Assembly: GCA_000002445.1 (NCBI GenBank)
Contig: CM000207.1
Coordinates: forward strand, 1,408,001-1,472,000
Direction of reading: 5' to 3'
DNA: 64,000 bases
Origin: Trypanosoma brucei
Taxonomy: Eukaryota
The notes beneath the pieces were generated by a model that was not told the origin of the DNA, did not search any database, and was given only the letters and a program-made list of their open reading frames with translations. Position 1 is the stretch's first letter, and every line of letters begins with the position of its first letter. Below, piece after piece: positions 61,632-64,000 of the stretch. Made by a program: the position numbers and the translations under genes.

Positions 61632-63143
61632 TAACTACAAGTGGGATACGAGCAGAGCTTTTTTTTTTTGTGAACTATGGAACAAGTGCTGAACGGTAAA
61701 AGAAAGAGAGAGAGAGAGAGCGAGTACAAAAGAAGGAACGTTGACCATGTGTATAGCAGCGGGGTAATACCAAGAGAGCAAATTAGGTACACCAGTCACG
61801 ATGCCGCAAAAGCGTTCATGAAAAGCAGTGAAAACTTCCATCTCAACACCGCTCTCCGGTATAATTAACATGACGTAACAACGTGAAGTAAAAGATAACA
61901 CATCCCCGCCCAACAAGAGGCTATCGTTTCCTCGTTTAACAAATACATGTTGAGCTGCTCGACTGTCAATCCATCCACGTCTCAAAAAAAAAAAAGAAGT
62001 TAGATATTCCAGGATTCAAGACACAAAATAAAGGCACCCCTGTTACACTTCTTTTAAAATAGAAATTAACCCGAACCCGCATACCCCATCGCATCCTTAA
62101 GCACTTTTACTTCTTTTCTTCCAAAAATGCCGGTTACATCTTAAATCATCAGTTGCGGTGACTGGTAATAAATCCAACCCTTCGGTGAGCACGCCGCAAA
62201 TGGAAACCCATTCATACATCCACACGCATCATCGGCATTACTCGTATACTTTGCTTGTGACTCTCTTATCTTCTTAGTCAAGATATTGCCACCACACATG
62301 CCATTATGTATGCAAATAGGGAGCAAGATAGAAACATATTGGGCGATACAAACAATGGATACCTAACACTAACATCATAAAAAGAAGTGCGAAGAAATAA
62401 AAGTAAGAAGAAGGAAGGGAATGCAAGCAAGTGCTCTTTTGGCAGTGTGGCTGAAACGCTGGGAGGGGCGGCAATGCTCACACCTTGCAATCATTGTTAT
62501 CATTATTCTTAATTTTTTTTGTCTGCCTGACGCTTCGGAAAGGCAGTTACCGAAGGGAAATTGCGAATATGCGGCCCGACAAAAGTGATGGGACCCCCTT
62601 CCTTCATCTAGTGGAGTCAGCAATATACCTTTACCCGGCTCTTACCTGAAATGCTTGCATTATTTTCCCTTTCCGTCTTCTTCACACCTAAGTGGCTTTT
62701 CGTTCTTCTTATTCCTTCTCACTTGGAATACCAATGCAAAAATAATCACCCCTCTCTTCTTTATCAAAGCTAAAAAGAAGAAAAAAAAGCCATTCAACCC
62801 CCTCACTCCGAAATATTTTCTTCATAACCGCTTCCTTTTGTTAACTGTTCCAGTCTCAAGCTCATACGAAATTCCACAGGACAGATCATGAGGACCGCGA
62901 CAAAACAACAAGTGATAAGTACCACAAAACGCATTACATTCCCACACAATATTTCCTCCCTCCCTTCATACCACTCTCACGCAAAGTATAACAAATATCC
63001 ATTTGTCCCCTCCCCTCCCCCCGCCATAACATTCGTTAGGAGTCTCGACATGAGAATGGAGGTCGCCATAATACCAATGTTTGGCACCGCTGATGAGTAC
63101 TACCAATGTGTAATGTGCTATAATAATATGGGCGGTAATGTCA

Positions 63144-63782
63144 TCACTGTTGTTGCTGTTGCCACGAGCGGGCATTAGCGATATCTTTTCTTACAATGAT
63201 GGTTGCCCCTTTGCTTGCGGTAGGGTTCTCCTCGGGTTGGCTGAGGCGAGTCAACTTCTCCTTCCGGTTAAGGTTGCTGAAAAAATGATTGAGCTTGCGT
63301 TCCAATGCCTCGTTCACAAGCATCGGCTTCGGGGCGGATGTTTGTTGTTGTTGATGTTGTTGCTGCTGGCGTTCCTTCCGTTGGTTGACAACAGGCTGGA
63401 AACCGGATTCCTTGTCGATTTTGGCCTGTTTTTCAACAGCGGCGGTGCTTAGCGAAGTCGGAGTCTTAGGCCGCCGGGAGGTGTCTTTTTGCACCTCTTC
63501 CAGTAGTTTTGGTTGTGGCTTGTGGGTGTCGCTGCGCATAGAAACGTTTTCACGTGCAACTTCACGAGCGATGAGGGCATCCATCTCACGCTGATACCTC
63601 TCATCTTCTCTCCTGTCTTTTCTTTCCTTTGGCTTTTTGGTTTTGCTCGGACGAGAGACCAACTTACTCTGCTTCATATGCGAGATGGTGGTGACATCAG
63701 TTCTGGCAATGCTGCGGAATACAAAATAAACCAGCGCGAGGGCAAAGAGAGCGGCACCAATAGCAATTGTGTGATCCAACAT
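63144..63782 (-). CDS. Hypothetical signal-anchored protein (212 aa) with an N-terminal TM segment and a highly charged, Gln-rich C-terminus
   Basis: An N-terminal hydrophobic stretch (IAIGAALFALALVYFVF) is followed by Lys/Arg/Glu-rich sequence and a polyQ run. Confidence 0.4.
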   Translation of the reverse strand: MLDHTIAIGAALFALALVYFVFRSIARTDVTTISHMKQSKLVSRPSKTKKPKERKDRREDERYQREMDALIAREVARENVSMRSDTHKPQPKLLEEVQKDTSRRPKTPTSLSTAAVEKQAKIDKESGFQPVVNQRKERQQQQHQQQQTSAPKPMLVNEALERKLNHFFSNLNRKEKLTRLSQPEENPTASKGATIIVRKDIANARSWQQQQQ

Positions 63783-64000
63783 GTTTCTGTCTCTCCGTTT
63801 CTGCCTTTTTATTCAACCCTTCTTTCTTTTCTTTTTTTTTAAAAAAAACTTTTGTGTTCCTTTGTTTGTTGAGGCTATAGATTTCCCTTTCTCGCTGTAC
63901 GCCGCGCATGGAAATAATAATAATAATAGTTAGAGTTTTGTGCATTACAAGTAAGATCAAAAATGAAAAGGAAGGCCAACAGAGGGTTTTGATTAGAGTT

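Noticed and set aside
61635-61985. 116-aa minus-strand ORF abutting the start of the 349-aa CCCH gene
   Set aside because: It ends 3 nt before the CCCH start codon, in a different frame, and has no motifs. It most likely sits in the 5' UTR region.

Overview
The window reads as a kinetoplastid (Trypanosoma brucei-type) chromosome-internal region, not a prokaryotic locus. All 26 credible protein-coding ORFs lie on the minus strand, which fits one long polycistronic transcription unit with no strand-switch. Intergenic DNA is rich in polypyrimidine/polypurine blocks, poly(A/T) runs and (TA)n, (CA)n and (GGAA)n microsatellites. There are no operon signals, CRISPR arrays or obvious tRNA/rRNA genes.

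The clearest landmark is a four-copy tandem array of sphingolipid synthase genes at 38.5-46.9 kb, with the conserved SMS-family D3 motif (C-G-D-x3-S-G-H-T) and D4 motif (H-Y-T-D-D-V). By its specificity residues and gene order it matches the T. brucei chromosome-9 TbSLS1-4 locus. On that synteny the poly(A)-binding protein at 19.4-21.2 kb is probably PABP1 and the 1030-aa His/Gln-rich CCCH protein at 51.1-54.2 kb is probably ZC3H28.

Other recognisable genes are ribosomal protein eL37, an ALG11-type GT4 mannosyltransferase, a protein-only RNase P (PRORP, PPR plus NYN domains), a Vms1/ANKZF1-like VLRF1 protein, an RCK/MOK-type CMGC kinase with a TEY activation loop, a P-loop GTPase and a PSP1-C domain protein. 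Lower-confidence calls are an Exo70-like protein, a Gly/Tyr/Met-rich tail-anchored protein, a second CCCH protein and several lineage-specific hypotheticals.

Points worth a second look:
- Patchwork gene conversion among the SLS copies, with sharp boundaries to the homogenised segment.
- A single-base TAC/TAA difference that turns an upstream in-frame AUG into an 18-codon N-terminal extension in two copies and a 3-codon uORF in the other two.
- Extreme polyHis/polyGln tracts in the ZC3H28-like protein, encoded by trinucleotide repeats.
- Two ORF-free stretches of about 6.8 kb and 6.4 kb with strong strand-compositional asymmetry.

I see nothing resembling a novel defence or mobile system. Identifications rest on motif recognition and remembered family signatures, not on database searches.
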